From assembly GCA_965204725.1 (NCBI GenBank), contig OZ242005.1, positions 320,001-384,000 of the forward strand: 64,000 bases of DNA. Reading direction: 5' to 3'. The notes beneath the pieces were generated by a model. That model did not search any database. It was given only the letters and a program-made list of their open reading frames with translations, and had not been told where the DNA came from. The translations under genes and the position numbers were made by a program. Each line of letters opens with the position of its first letter. The first letter of the stretch is position 1. Shown piece by piece: positions 1 through 10,973 of this stretch. The stretch is from Candidatus Latescibacterota bacterium (GTDB lineage Bacteria; Latescibacterota; UBA2968; UBA8231).

Positions 1-580
1 CGGCCCCAGCCACGTCGTCAAAGGTCGCCTTGTGCTTGTCTTCCAACAGGAGTTTGGCGCGACTTTTGCCAAAGGAAAACAGCCCGCGCGCACCGCCCTG
101 CATCTGCCGCAACATGAATATCCAGAAGGCGATAAACAGCAGCCACGGCAAAAAGCTGAGGAGGAAATTGTACCACCGGAAGGGTTCTTCCTCAAAGCGA
201 AAATCGACCCCTTTTTCCTCCCACTCGCGCTTGGTCGCCGCGTCTATTGGACCCAAGTTGACCACAAAGCGGGTTCGGTCGTGCAAGACGCCTTTGAGCT
301 CGCGCTCGCCCACGATGACGGCCTCGGCGACGCGCTCCTCCTCCAAGTATTGGCGGTATTGCTTGTACGAGACGAGTTGGGGGTCGGAAGGTTTGCTGCC
401 AATGAACTTGGCGACGAAGATCATCACTAACACAAAGAAGAGCCAAAACGCTTGGGTCCGCGAAGGGCGACGCCAGCGCCGCGGCTTGTCTTCGCCGTCG
501 GCCTGCTGGCGGTCTGGCTTGCGGTTGTCCATAAGGCGCTTGGGGCGCTCCTTTGGGGCCTGCTTTTTTCGTCCCTCCAT
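1..580 (-). CDS. ftsH: ATP-dependent zinc metalloprotease FtsH (5' part; runs off the window start)
   Basis: Manual translation of the minus strand gives two TM segments then FSFGKSRAKLL...ATFDDVAG, the standard FtsH AAA entry. Directly downstream of tilS. ATG at 580 or 532. Confidence 0.93.
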   Translation of the reverse strand, partial: MEGRKKQAPKERPKRLMDNRKPDRQQADGEDKPRRWRRPSRTQAFWLFFVLVMIFVAKFIGSKPSDPQLVSYKQYRQYLEEERVAEAVIVGERELKGVLHDRTRFVVNLGPIDAATKREWEEKGVDFRFEEEPFRWYNFLLSFLPWLLFIAFWIFMLRQMQGGARGLFSFGKSRAKLLLEDKHKATFDDVAGA

Positions 581-595
581 GACAGATGCTCTAGG

Positions 596-1969
596 TCAAT
601 CGCCGTCCCAATGCCTCAGCGTACATAAGGCGATGCGGCGCGTAGTGGATTGTATTCTGAAGGCATGACTAGGACGCAGCGGTGCGACCCAAGCTATTTC
701 CTCGCCTCGGGCCAGCACCAGCACTTCGTCGCGCGCGATTTTCGGCCACTTGGCGTCGATGAGAAAGTCGCTCAACTTCTTGTGGCCTTCCATGCCCAGC
801 GGCTGAAAGAGATCGCCCGGCCGCAGGCTGCGCACTTGCACCCGCGCACCGAGGCGGTCGGCGTCTAAAGCCACCTGTGCGCCTCCTAACTGGGCCTTGT
901 CGAAGTGTTCCAGGGAGCAGATTTGGACGCGGATTTGCACGCCGTGCTCTCTCAGCACGAGCGCACCGGGTATATCGAAGCCGTACGCGACCGCCGGGCG
1001 ACGCCCGCGGCGCAGGATATAGCGCGTACCGCAACCCTGCCCGCGCAGCCCAGCCCCCAGTTCCCGCAGGTGCTTGTCGCCGACGCCAATCCAGCCCCGC
1101 ACTTGCTCAATGCGGGCAAAATCAAAAGGGCTTTCTGCGGCGGCGAGGCTCTGGAGCGCGGCGCGCAGTACGCGTCTTTGCATGGCTATATGATAAGCGA
1201 GAAGCCTAGTACTATCAAGGGCTACCTTGTCGTTGCAACGCTCACAACTCACTGTATCTAAAGCATCTTGGGTTAGATCGGCGAGCAAATCATCCTCGGC
1301 TTTAAGAAGCGCGGCCGTGCGATTTAGAACCTCGGCGATGTTGGAATTATAGCTCTTGAGCAAGGGCATTAGTTCCCCGCGCACCCGATTGCGCAAAAAG
1401 CGCGGGTCGCGATTGGAGGGATCCTCTCGGTAGCGCAAGCCCCGCTGCCGCACGTATTTTTCGATCTCAGCGCGCGATATGCGCAACAGCGGCCGCAGGT
1501 AGCGGCCGGCGCGCACAATCTCCATCCCTCCTAAGCCGGTGGCACCGCTGCCGCGCAACAGGCGTAAGATCACGGTCTCGGCTTGGTCGTCGGCGTGGTG
1601 TCCCAAGGCGATGAACTCGGCCCCGGTCCGGTCGGCGATTTGGTCGAGAAAGGCGTAGCGCTGCCGCCGACCCGCTTCTTCCAATGACAGGCCCTCAATT
1701 CGGGCGTATGCCCCCACATCGTGCCGCTCTACCGAGTAGGGCAGCCCCCGCCGCTGCGCCTCGTCGGCGACAAAGCGGCTGTCGGCGGCCGAATTCGGCC
1801 TGAGCGCGTGGTCCAAGTGCGCCACGTGCAACCGGTACTTTAGGCCATCCAAGACATCGAGCAACGCGCTCGAATCGACGCCACCCGACGCGGCGACGAC
1901 TAGGCTGGCACCGCCCTCCACGCCCGCTTCCCGGAGCACTTGCCGCACACTGGAGACTATGGGTTCCAT
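596..1969 (-). CDS. tilS: tRNA(Ile)-lysidine synthetase
   Basis: PP-loop SGGVDS, HLDHALR, GHHADDQAET, RPLL, DPSN and RNRVR motifs plus a TilS C-terminal domain. Start uncertain (1969-1990). Confidence 0.96.
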   Translation of the reverse strand: MEPIVSSVRQVLREAGVEGGASLVVAASGGVDSSALLDVLDGLKYRLHVAHLDHALRPNSAADSRFVADEAQRRGLPYSVERHDVGAYARIEGLSLEEAGRRQRYAFLDQIADRTGAEFIALGHHADDQAETVILRLLRGSGATGLGGMEIVRAGRYLRPLLRISRAEIEKYVRQRGLRYREDPSNRDPRFLRNRVRGELMPLLKSYNSNIAEVLNRTAALLKAEDDLLADLTQDALDTVSCERCNDKVALDSTRLLAYHIAMQRRVLRAALQSLAAAESPFDFARIEQVRGWIGVGDKHLRELGAGLRGQGCGTRYILRRGRRPAVAYGFDIPGALVLREHGVQIRVQICSLEHFDKAQLGGAQVALDADRLGARVQVRSLRPGDLFQPLGMEGHKKLSDFLIDAKWPKIARDEVLVLARGEEIAWVAPLRPSHAFRIQSTTRRIALCTLRHWDGD

Positions 1970-2026
1970 GGAGATCATTACCCTGCACAAAGAATGGGGA
2001 GGGCAAATTAGACGAAGAGGGGTCCC

Positions 2027-2063
2027 TTGACAAATGAACTAATGTGCAGTATATATAAGTTCA
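2027..2063 (+). promoter_or_regulatory. sigma70 promoter of lexA with overlapping candidate SOS box
   Basis: TTGACA (2027-2032), 17 nt, TATATA (2050-2055). TGAAC-TAAT-GTGCA sits in the spacer. TGAACT (2035-2040) and AGTTCA (2058-2063) form an inverted pair. Confidence 0.7.
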
Positions 2064-2103
2064 CGTTTGTTTTCACCTTTTCTCCCCATTATAGAGGACA
2101 CTC

Positions 2104-2730
2104 ATGCCCAAGCCCCTAACCAATCGCCAACAAGCAATCTACGATTTCATCGCCGATGCAATTCGCTCCGGGGGTCCCCCCACAATCCGCGAGATCATGG
2201 ATGTCTTTGGCATCAACTCCACCAATGGCGTACGCACGACCTTGGAAACCCTAGAGAAAAAAGGCTACATCCGCCGGCGGGCGCGCCGCTCCCGGGGCAT
2301 CCAGCTCGTCGATTGCGCCAAGCCCGCCTCCCTCTCCACGGACCTGCGCGAAGTACCCCTAATTGGCCGGGTCGCCGCGGGCACCCCCATCCTCGCCACC
2401 CAAAACATCGAAAACACGCTCAACGTCGATACATCGCTCGTTCCCGCTTCGGGCGATGTCTTCGCGCTGCGCATCCACGGCGAGAGCATGTGCAACGCCG
2501 GGATTCTCGACGGCGACATCGTCATAGCCCGCCAGCAAGACCGCGCCGAGCGCGGCGATATCGTCGTCGCGCTGCTCGGCGACGAAGCCACGGTCAAGCG
2601 CTATGCTCCCGCTCCCGACGGCATCCGGCTCCTGCCCGAAAACGAAGCGTTCGACCCCATCGTCGTCCCGCCCGACGCCGACGGGTTCAGCATCGCCGGC
2701 AAAGTTGTGGGCCTTATGCGCCGCTTCTAG
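2104..2730 (+). CDS. lexA: SOS repressor LexA
   Basis: wHTH PPTIREI, VAAG cleavage site, GESM catalytic Ser, TVK catalytic Lys, GAGG RBS. Confidence 0.97.
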   Translation: MPKPLTNRQQAIYDFIADAIRSGGPPTIREIMDVFGINSTNGVRTTLETLEKKGYIRRRARRSRGIQLVDCAKPASLSTDLREVPLIGRVAAGTPILATQNIENTLNVDTSLVPASGDVFALRIHGESMCNAGILDGDIVIARQQDRAERGDIVVALLGDEATVKRYAPAPDGIRLLPENEAFDPIVVPPDADGFSIAGKVVGLMRRF

Positions 2731-2742
2731 GGGTGCGCTTAG

Positions 2743-4071
<1,329 letters not shown>

Positions 4072-4112
4072 AAATTTGACACTCGGCCCCCCTTCCGCTA
4101 GCTTTTTACTCC

Positions 4113-5042
4113 ATGAGCAAGAAGAGCCTTCTTCCACTTGCACTCGCCCTGCTGCTGACCGGGGCGGCCCACGCGGCCTCGCGCTACGCTGGCGAGTTTC
4201 TCGGCTTGGGCGCGGGTGCCCGCGCTGCGGCCTTGGGCAGTGCATACATGGCCCTAGCCGACGACGCGACGGCCGGCTATTGGAATGCGGCCAGCCTATC
4301 CGCCCTCAGCAGCCGCCAAGTTCACCTGACCCATGCCGAACACTTCTCCGGCCTCATCCAGCGCGATTTTGTCGCCATCGCCCGGCCGGGTCGCCTCTTG
4401 CACGGCATGGCCCTGAGCTTGGTCCGCATGGGCATTGACGGCATCCACTTTACCGAGCTGCCGGATTCCCAGCAGCCCCCCAGCACCGACAACCGCCCGC
4501 TCATCGCCTCGACCGAGCAAAGCGCCGATTACGCCCTGTATCTGTCGGGCAGTCGCCGGCTCGGGGCGCGCCTGTCGCTCGGGCTTAGCACCAAGGCCAT
4601 TTACCGCCACGTCGCCTCCATCAGCGCCTATGGCTTCGGCCTCGACCTAAGCGCACGCTACCAGCTAAGCCACCAGATCGCGCTCGCGGCCAACGTGCGC
4701 GACGCGGCCACCACGCCCATCGTCTGGAATACGGACAGCACCGACCGCATCCAGCCCTCGCTGCTGTTGGGCGTAGCGTACGCCATGTCCGTTGCCGGGG
4801 GCCAGACCACCGCCCTCCTATCTACCCGCTCCGGCGGCAACACGGCGACCGCCGACGTCCCGCTCAACGCCGGCCTAGAATACCGCCACCATTACATCGC
4901 CCTGCGGGCCGGGCTAGAGGAAGGCCGCCAGTCCTTTGGGCTAGGGCTTACCCCTCACCGCAACCTCGACCTCGACCTCGCCTATTTGCAGCACGATGCA
5001 CTCGAAGCAACCTACCAGTTGTCCGCCAGCTTCCGCTTCTGA
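4113..5042 (+). CDS. PorV/UPF0164-like outer-membrane beta-barrel protein
   Basis: Signal peptide, FLGLGAGARAAALGSAY...DDATAGYWNAASL N-terminal signature, terminal aromatic residue (FRF). Confidence 0.8.
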   Translation: MSKKSLLPLALALLLTGAAHAASRYAGEFLGLGAGARAAALGSAYMALADDATAGYWNAASLSALSSRQVHLTHAEHFSGLIQRDFVAIARPGRLLHGMALSLVRMGIDGIHFTELPDSQQPPSTDNRPLIASTEQSADYALYLSGSRRLGARLSLGLSTKAIYRHVASISAYGFGLDLSARYQLSHQIALAANVRDAATTPIVWNTDSTDRIQPSLLLGVAYAMSVAGGQTTALLSTRSGGNTATADVPLNAGLEYRHHYIALRAGLEEGRQSFGLGLTPHRNLDLDLAYLQHDALEATYQLSASFRF

Positions 5043-5922
5043 GCAACCCCGCGTCGGCTACGTAGCCCTAACCGGTCGCCCCAACGCGGGCAAATCCACC
5101 CTGTTCAACGCCTTCTTGGGCCAGCGACTCTCCATCGTCACCGCCAAACCGCAGACGACGCGCAGCCGCATCCTCGGCATCCTCACCCGTCCACAAAGCC
5201 AGATCATTTTTTTGGATACGCCGGGCTTGCTCAACGCCTCCTACAAGCTGCACGAGACCATGATGCACCAGATCGACCAAGCCGCCCGCCAAGCCGACCT
5301 AATTTTGCTGCTGTTCGACGCCTCTCGCCCCAAGGACCGCAGCGCATTGGTCAAGGACTTCCTAGCTCGCACCCGAGCGCCCGTTTTGGCCGCGCTCAAC
5401 AAAATTGACCTAGTACCACCCACCCAGCTAAACGCCCTGCAAAAAAGCCTAGCGGACGAGTTCAGCATCGCAAGCCCGACCCCGGTCTCCGCTCGGCGCG
5501 GCGACGGACTCGGCAAACTGCTGTCGCGCCTAGAGGCCCAGCTACCCTACGGCCCCAAGCTCTACCCAGACGACATGGTCGCCGAACAACCCGAGCGGTT
5601 TTTTGCCGCCGAGCGCATCCGCGAGGTCGCTTTCGAGCATCTCGAAGACGAGCTCCCCTACATGGTCAATATCTACATTGAGGAATTCCGCCAGCGCGTA
5701 GGCCGCAAAACCTACATTCGCGCCATTATCTATGTCGGGCGCGAGAGCCAAAAGGGTATCGTCATCGGCAAGCAGGGAACGCGCCTGCGGTCCATCGGAC
5801 GCCAAGCACGCACCGCCCTAGAGGAGCTACTCGACGCACCCGTCTATATCGACCTATGGGTAAAAGTCCGCCCAGACTGGCGCGACAAAGAGCGCGATCT
5901 GCGGGAATTCGGGTATCGCTAG
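4996..5922 (+). CDS. era: GTPase Era
   Basis: GRPNAGKST, PQTTR, DTPG, NKID and the KH-domain motif GIVIGKQG. The only in-frame ATG overlaps the upstream gene by 47 bp. Confidence 0.96.
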   Translation: MHSKQPTSCPPASASEQPRVGYVALTGRPNAGKSTLFNAFLGQRLSIVTAKPQTTRSRILGILTRPQSQIIFLDTPGLLNASYKLHETMMHQIDQAARQADLILLLFDASRPKDRSALVKDFLARTRAPVLAALNKIDLVPPTQLNALQKSLADEFSIASPTPVSARRGDGLGKLLSRLEAQLPYGPKLYPDDMVAEQPERFFAAERIREVAFEHLEDELPYMVNIYIEEFRQRVGRKTYIRAIIYVGRESQKGIVIGKQGTRLRSIGRQARTALEELLDAPVYIDLWVKVRPDWRDKERDLREFGYR

Positions 5923-5937
5923 GGCAAGGCGCGGCGA

Positions 5938-6351
5938 TTAGGGCTTGAGCAACGTTACGCTCATCATTGGAAAATGTTGGTCGAAAGCAAACGCTTGATC
6001 GATTCCATACTTACGACAAACAGCAAAACTAGTGCAATCGGTGAACGATAGGTCTGCTGAGTTGTATTGACGAAAAATCTGCTTGGCTTCTCCAAACAGA
6101 GTACTATCAATTTTTTCGACCGTTAGAGTACCTGCACTTTCATAGCGTTCAATATGTTCGAGAAATTTCACGGCTAGTGCGTGATGCGCTTTATATCGAA
6201 TAAACGTTGCGGTCTCACCAATCACGTAATCTGTCGTTAAAAATTGAACGCTCTGCCGTCCTAGGTCGTCGTAAATTTTCAAAGCGTCTTCATGGTGTTG
6301 ATCTTTCCGATCGAAATAGGCAGCCCAAGCCCCTGTATCGACAAAAATCAT
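5938..6351 (-). CDS. PIN-domain (VapC-like) ribonuclease toxin
   Basis: IFVDTGAW, TTDYVIGE, SFTDC and AFAFDQHF give the conserved PIN acidic residues. ATGA overlap with the stop of the upstream R-M gene. Confidence 0.92.
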   Translation of the reverse strand: MIFVDTGAWAAYFDRKDQHHEDALKIYDDLGRQSVQFLTTDYVIGETATFIRYKAHHALAVKFLEHIERYESAGTLTVEKIDSTLFGEAKQIFRQYNSADLSFTDCTSFAVCRKYGIDQAFAFDQHFPMMSVTLLKP

Positions 6352-9300
6352 GGTTTTGAATCCAGTCCATAAATAATTTCATCGTGGTTGATAGAGCCAT
6401 CGGTTCGGTCCGATTCGTAGGCTCCAGCCAACTCGCGAAAAACTTCATATCCTTCTCTTCTTTTGGTGAAAATGTTGGCCGCTTCCAACTCAGGAAACTT
6501 CTCCACGATCTTCACCGTCTCCACACTCACCGCGATCACTTTCCCGATCAGCTTGGTGATATATTGCGGATCGCCCGACCGATTCGGGTCGTTGACAATG
6601 CCGCTGCGTCTGTCCGTCTTGACGGCGTATTGATCGACGACCCATTCCAACGCCGACCGATTGCCCAGCCGATAGTCAAACGCCGCGGGCGGAATGCCAA
6701 CTAGCGTCAAGAAGTCGTTGTACCGAATCTGGGTCTTGTCTTTGGATAGCCGCATCTTTTCGACTCGCCAGTCGAGCGGTACGTCTGGATTTTCAATGAA
6801 CTCAAGCTGATATTCGGGCACATCTTCATAGCCGACGTGAATTTCGGCCAGCCGTTTTCCCGCTTTCGCATAAGCCCAAAAATCTGGCTCGTAGGGAATG
6901 CGCGGCAATGCGCGCTTGAGATTGGCTTGATACCGAGTGCGGTATTGCCGGTGGTGCAACAAGCCATACACATAGTGAAAAATGTCCCATTTGCCGATAG
7001 CATCGTCTCGGTAGTTCAAGCGGAATCGCGCCAACGCTGTATCTGTTATGTTCTCTCGGCGGTTGGTGCCGTCTTCGTCGTAAGTGTAAAAGGGAAAGCA
7101 TTGGGAACTGTCGAGGGAGGTCAACGCCAAGCAGGGGATCATGTTTGTGCAAAAACACCAATAAGCAGCACGTCCTCCAGCCCCCGGAACCATAATCACC
7201 TGATTTTCCGTTTCGGTCTCTGACGTGGGAAAAATGGCTGGAAATACTCCCACCCTATCGTTCATCATTCTATCAAAGTAAAAATTCGATTTTGTAAAGG
7301 GCCGATAGAGCGAATATCGCATTTTTTGCGGGGCGAATTCTGCGATTTTTCCGCCCTGCAACTTATTTTTTAATGTTGAACTCCACTTAATTTTTGCGTT
7401 ATCATACTCCACAAAATCATCAACTTTTGCCTTTCTATCTGTCCGCTCCCACCGATCGACCTCTGCGTTATACGCTCCAATTATCCGCTGAATATTCTCG
7501 GCGAGCGCATCTCGGTTAAAGCCATACACCCAAGCGTCTCGACCGGTATTGACGCCGCTGCTATACGTCTGAAAAATCACCGCCTCCTTGCTCTTGCCCG
7601 CCTTCGCTTCTTTGCTCCCCAGCGGAAGAAACGCAGCAAATTCCCGGTTTTGCAGCCCCTCGGTAAGCCAAGTATGGTGCTCGTCCGGTGCGATCTCCTT
7701 CCATTCCACATTCCCGCAATGCCCTTTCTCATCGAGATAGCGATACTTCTCCTCCTTGCGCCAGTTCGCATCGGCACAGGAATAGAAAATTTTCACCGCT
7801 GTCGCCGCACGATCGCTCCTTTTTACAAAAAGGTTGATACTCACTCCAACCTGAATCCCAAAGACATTGTGAGTGGTCCCTGAGAGCTTTGGATTCTTGC
7901 GAACATTTCCACCCAAGTCGAGCACGTATATTGCATCGAAATCGTCTGCGAGATGTTTTCTCATCCCGTCAAACGCTATCCCATCGAGAAAACTATTATT
8001 CGTTACGAATGCGACAATCCCTTCCGTGCCGATCCGATCCGCAGCCCACCGAATCGCCTTTGCGTACGGGTCTTGTAGCTGCCTTTTGAGCGTCGCCTTA
8101 GAATCCTTGGCGTACGTAGCACTCACCCGCGCATCCATCGTCTCGTACTGCCGATTCTTGTTGTTGTCATTCTCGTTGACTTGACCGACGTTGTAGGGCG
8201 GATTGCCAATAATCACAAACATCGGCGTCTCCTTCTGCCGTTCAACGCGCACCGTATTCTCCACCGTGAATAGGGCCATTTGCACTTCTTCTGCCAACTC
8301 GAACGTATCCACCAAGCATATTCCCTCAAACGGCTGATAATATCCCATCGCCTCGTAAAATTCGTGCTCGATGTTCATGCTCGCGATGTAATACGGCAGC
8401 AACATCACCTCATTGCAGTGCAACTCGGAAGCATACTTATCTTCGAGCGAGGTCTTGCGAATCGCGCGCATCGTGCGGACGATAAAATTGCCCGTGCCGA
8501 CAAACGGGTCGATGATGTGAACGCCGGCGTCGGAAAGTGATCGGCCAAATTCGGCCTTTAGAAGATGCTCGACACTTCGCACCATAAAATCGACAATCGA
8601 CTGCGGCGTGTACACAATCCCGTGCGTATCGGCGACCTCGACGGAAAAACCCTGAAAAAACTGCTCGTACACCGCGTTGAGGAAATGCTGCTTTTGTGCA
8701 AAGTCGCCGATAGTCCCTCCAGTGCGCTCAATCGCAACGTAGAAGCGGTCGAGGCTTTGCAGGAAATCGGCGCGGTTAAAGGACCGAGACGTCAGGGCGT
8801 CAATGACCTTTTCGATCTCGGCGGCGATAACATTGCGGCGCGTGAAGTCTGGATTGCTGAACACCGTGCGAAAAATCCGCTCGGTCAAAAGGTGCTGAAT
8901 GAGCATCTCCTCGACCGCTGCGGCCGAGAGGTTTGGGTTGATCGACGAGCGACATTTTGCGAGAAAATCGGCAAAGGCTGTGGCGAACCCACGACTGCTT
9001 TGCCGCTCCTGCTGAATTTTCGCCGCCAACCCACGCCCGATCGCCGGCATCTCGCCCTTGAACTCCGCGACCGCCTCTTCCCATTGGGCGATCTCCGGCG
9101 GACGGTGCGAAAAGAAGGCTGTAAGCGTCTCAATCAGCCGTTGTGGATCGGTCAGGTCCGCGTCTAAAACAGACTCGCCGCGTTGCCAAAGAATCGCCCG
9201 GGCAGGCGTCTGAAACAGGATGTTGTCGCTGGGATACCCGGCCGCAAACTTGCGCGCCACCTCGGCTGGCAGGTCATCGTCCATATCCTTGGCTTCCCAA

Positions 9301-9548
9301 ACCCCGTGCAGCAAGTTGAAATCGTCGATCAACGCGCCATCGACGACGATTCGCTTATTGCGACCACAGGCGATGGCATACTCGGGTACGAGCGTCCAGT
9401 TGACCTGCCGCCCACCCCACTCAAGCAGTGCTTGAAATGCCGAGCGCACCGAGGTTTCATTCGTCACCCCAAGCCGCTCAAATTGCTCAAGCGATTCGTA
9501 GTACGCCTTAACGGGCTTATGCGTTGATTTGAGATTGAACGTCGGCAT
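6348..9548 (-). CDS. Single-polypeptide restriction-modification enzyme (Type IIG-like: PD-(D/E)xK nuclease, N6-adenine MTase, Type ISP-like C-terminal TRD) with an extra antitoxin-like tail
   Basis: N-terminal VDG...WEAK nuclease motif, MTase motifs DPFVGTG and GNPPY, ISP-type C-terminus (GNRSALEWVVDQY...SGIVNDPN...VSVETVKIV), GGAGG RBS. No helicase motifs seen. Confidence 0.88.
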   Translation of the reverse strand: MPTFNLKSTHKPVKAYYESLEQFERLGVTNETSVRSAFQALLEWGGRQVNWTLVPEYAIACGRNKRIVVDGALIDDFNLLHGVWEAKDMDDDLPAEVARKFAAGYPSDNILFQTPARAILWQRGESVLDADLTDPQRLIETLTAFFSHRPPEIAQWEEAVAEFKGEMPAIGRGLAAKIQQERQSSRGFATAFADFLAKCRSSINPNLSAAAVEEMLIQHLLTERIFRTVFSNPDFTRRNVIAAEIEKVIDALTSRSFNRADFLQSLDRFYVAIERTGGTIGDFAQKQHFLNAVYEQFFQGFSVEVADTHGIVYTPQSIVDFMVRSVEHLLKAEFGRSLSDAGVHIIDPFVGTGNFIVRTMRAIRKTSLEDKYASELHCNEVMLLPYYIASMNIEHEFYEAMGYYQPFEGICLVDTFELAEEVQMALFTVENTVRVERQKETPMFVIIGNPPYNVGQVNENDNNKNRQYETMDARVSATYAKDSKATLKRQLQDPYAKAIRWAADRIGTEGIVAFVTNNSFLDGIAFDGMRKHLADDFDAIYVLDLGGNVRKNPKLSGTTHNVFGIQVGVSINLFVKRSDRAATAVKIFYSCADANWRKEEKYRYLDEKGHCGNVEWKEIAPDEHHTWLTEGLQNREFAAFLPLGSKEAKAGKSKEAVIFQTYSSGVNTGRDAWVYGFNRDALAENIQRIIGAYNAEVDRWERTDRKAKVDDFVEYDNAKIKWSSTLKNKLQGGKIAEFAPQKMRYSLYRPFTKSNFYFDRMMNDRVGVFPAIFPTSETETENQVIMVPGAGGRAAYWCFCTNMIPCLALTSLDSSQCFPFYTYDEDGTNRRENITDTALARFRLNYRDDAIGKWDIFHYVYGLLHHRQYRTRYQANLKRALPRIPYEPDFWAYAKAGKRLAEIHVGYEDVPEYQLEFIENPDVPLDWRVEKMRLSKDKTQIRYNDFLTLVGIPPAAFDYRLGNRSALEWVVDQYAVKTDRRSGIVNDPNRSGDPQYITKLIGKVIAVSVETVKIVEKFPELEAANIFTKRREGYEVFRELAGAYESDRTDGSINHDEIIYGLDSKP

Positions 9549-9566
9549 AGCAAAACCTCCATTCCA

Positions 9567-10892
9567 TTAAAATTTCAAGTGTGGAAGAATCCGCGTCGGG
9601 ACGAGGCGGCGATATTCATCCCAATACGCGCCATACTTTTGCTGGCAGCGCTTTTCGTCGCGCCGGGCGCGATGCACCAGCAAAATCGTCAGAAAAATCA
9701 CGTAAAAATAAGGCAAGAAGTGCGAAAACAGGGCCGGCACCGTCCAAAAGAAGGCCGCCAAAATTTCCGGCACATAGTGAAAGTGCCGCGCCACGCCCCA
9801 CCAACCGGACGCCAACAAAACGGTCTCTTTTTCCACGCCGTTTTCCGCGCAATAGTTAGCGACAATAAGCCGCGGCTTTTTCCCCCAGATCGTACATTCG
9901 CCGCCCGTTGCTCGAACTACCTGACGTTGCCTATCGGCAAAGTAGTTGATCATCACCGCCCCCACTCCCAAGACCGCGATCCCGACCGACCACGCCATAC
10001 CTAGATGATGCGGGTGATGCACCAAGTACAAAATGGGCGAGGTATAAATCGCCGGCACCCATACCAAACACCCCCAGCAAATCATAAATCCGGCCCGGTC
10101 GTGCATGATGTCAATTGAACAGAGATAACCCGTTTCCCAGACAAAAAATTTGACCAAATAAGTTAGCATGACGATTAGGGCCACCACCATTGAATCGCTC
10201 AAGCCGCCTAGCTCGGCCTGCTTGGCCGCAAACGACAACACAATGATCGGCCACCCCATCAAGCCAAAGCGACAATTGGTAAACATCTTGACGTCCCAGC
10301 CCAATATGCGCGGGTATAGTTCCGTTCCCCAGTAATAATCGAAAATAAAATGGCCGCTCAGCCCTCCATCCGGCCCAGAGGGAAAAAACCGGCCCTTGCA
10401 GTACAGCAGCAAACAAAACGCCAAACTAAAGACATTCAACGCCCCGATAATACCCGCAAAATTATCATAGACGATAGTCGGCTCGAACCAATTGAACACA
10501 AAGCCACCCAAAAAGAACAAGCCCAGCGAAATCAAAAAACACGCCACGCCATTGGCGCGGTACACCGGCACATAGCCCTTCGGCGTGATCGGCCCGCAAA
10601 AGCGCCGCCCCGGCACCAAGCGCATCAGCAACAACTGCACCGCAGCAAAAGTGCCAATGATTTTCCAGCCAGCCGCCGTGCCCCAGACGACCGGCTCCCA
10701 TGCCGACACCAATTCAGCAAAAAAACCAACGGCGAGGACCTGCTCTGCAAAGGATGCCACCGAGCCTTGGTGTTTCACATTGATCTCCCACACCAACAAG
10801 GCTGTCGGGGGGCAGCAAATCAGCAAAAACAGCGGTGCCAATGTATGGTGAAAAAGATGTCGTACCTTATTCTTCTTAGATCGAGTATCCAT
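9567..10892 (-). CDS. 7-dehydrocholesterol reductase (ERG4/ERG24 family, DWF5-like)
   Basis: Multi-TM protein with YWGTELYPR, FTNCRFGLMGW, HDRAGFMICWGCLVW, LLASGWWGVARHFHY and RDEKRCQQKYG motifs. Confidence 0.92.
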   Translation of the reverse strand: MDTRSKKNKVRHLFHHTLAPLFLLICCPPTALLVWEINVKHQGSVASFAEQVLAVGFFAELVSAWEPVVWGTAAGWKIIGTFAAVQLLLMRLVPGRRFCGPITPKGYVPVYRANGVACFLISLGLFFLGGFVFNWFEPTIVYDNFAGIIGALNVFSLAFCLLLYCKGRFFPSGPDGGLSGHFIFDYYWGTELYPRILGWDVKMFTNCRFGLMGWPIIVLSFAAKQAELGGLSDSMVVALIVMLTYLVKFFVWETGYLCSIDIMHDRAGFMICWGCLVWVPAIYTSPILYLVHHPHHLGMAWSVGIAVLGVGAVMINYFADRQRQVVRATGGECTIWGKKPRLIVANYCAENGVEKETVLLASGWWGVARHFHYVPEILAAFFWTVPALFSHFLPYFYVIFLTILLVHRARRDEKRCQQKYGAYWDEYRRLVPTRILPHLKF

Positions 10893-10973
10893 CCGTCCGT
10901 CCCGTTTTTCAGCGCACCTGCTCGTTGCTCATGAGCAAAATTAACGTAGATTTTCCCTAGAAAGGAAACCGCC

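Noticed and set aside
30-668. Plus-strand ORFs at the window start
   Set aside because: Antisense to ftsH, which the ORF track missed because it runs off the edge.
6348-9548. Full Type ISP enzyme
   Set aside because: No SF2 helicase motifs are visible and the protein is too short; treated as Type IIG-like with an ISP-type TRD.
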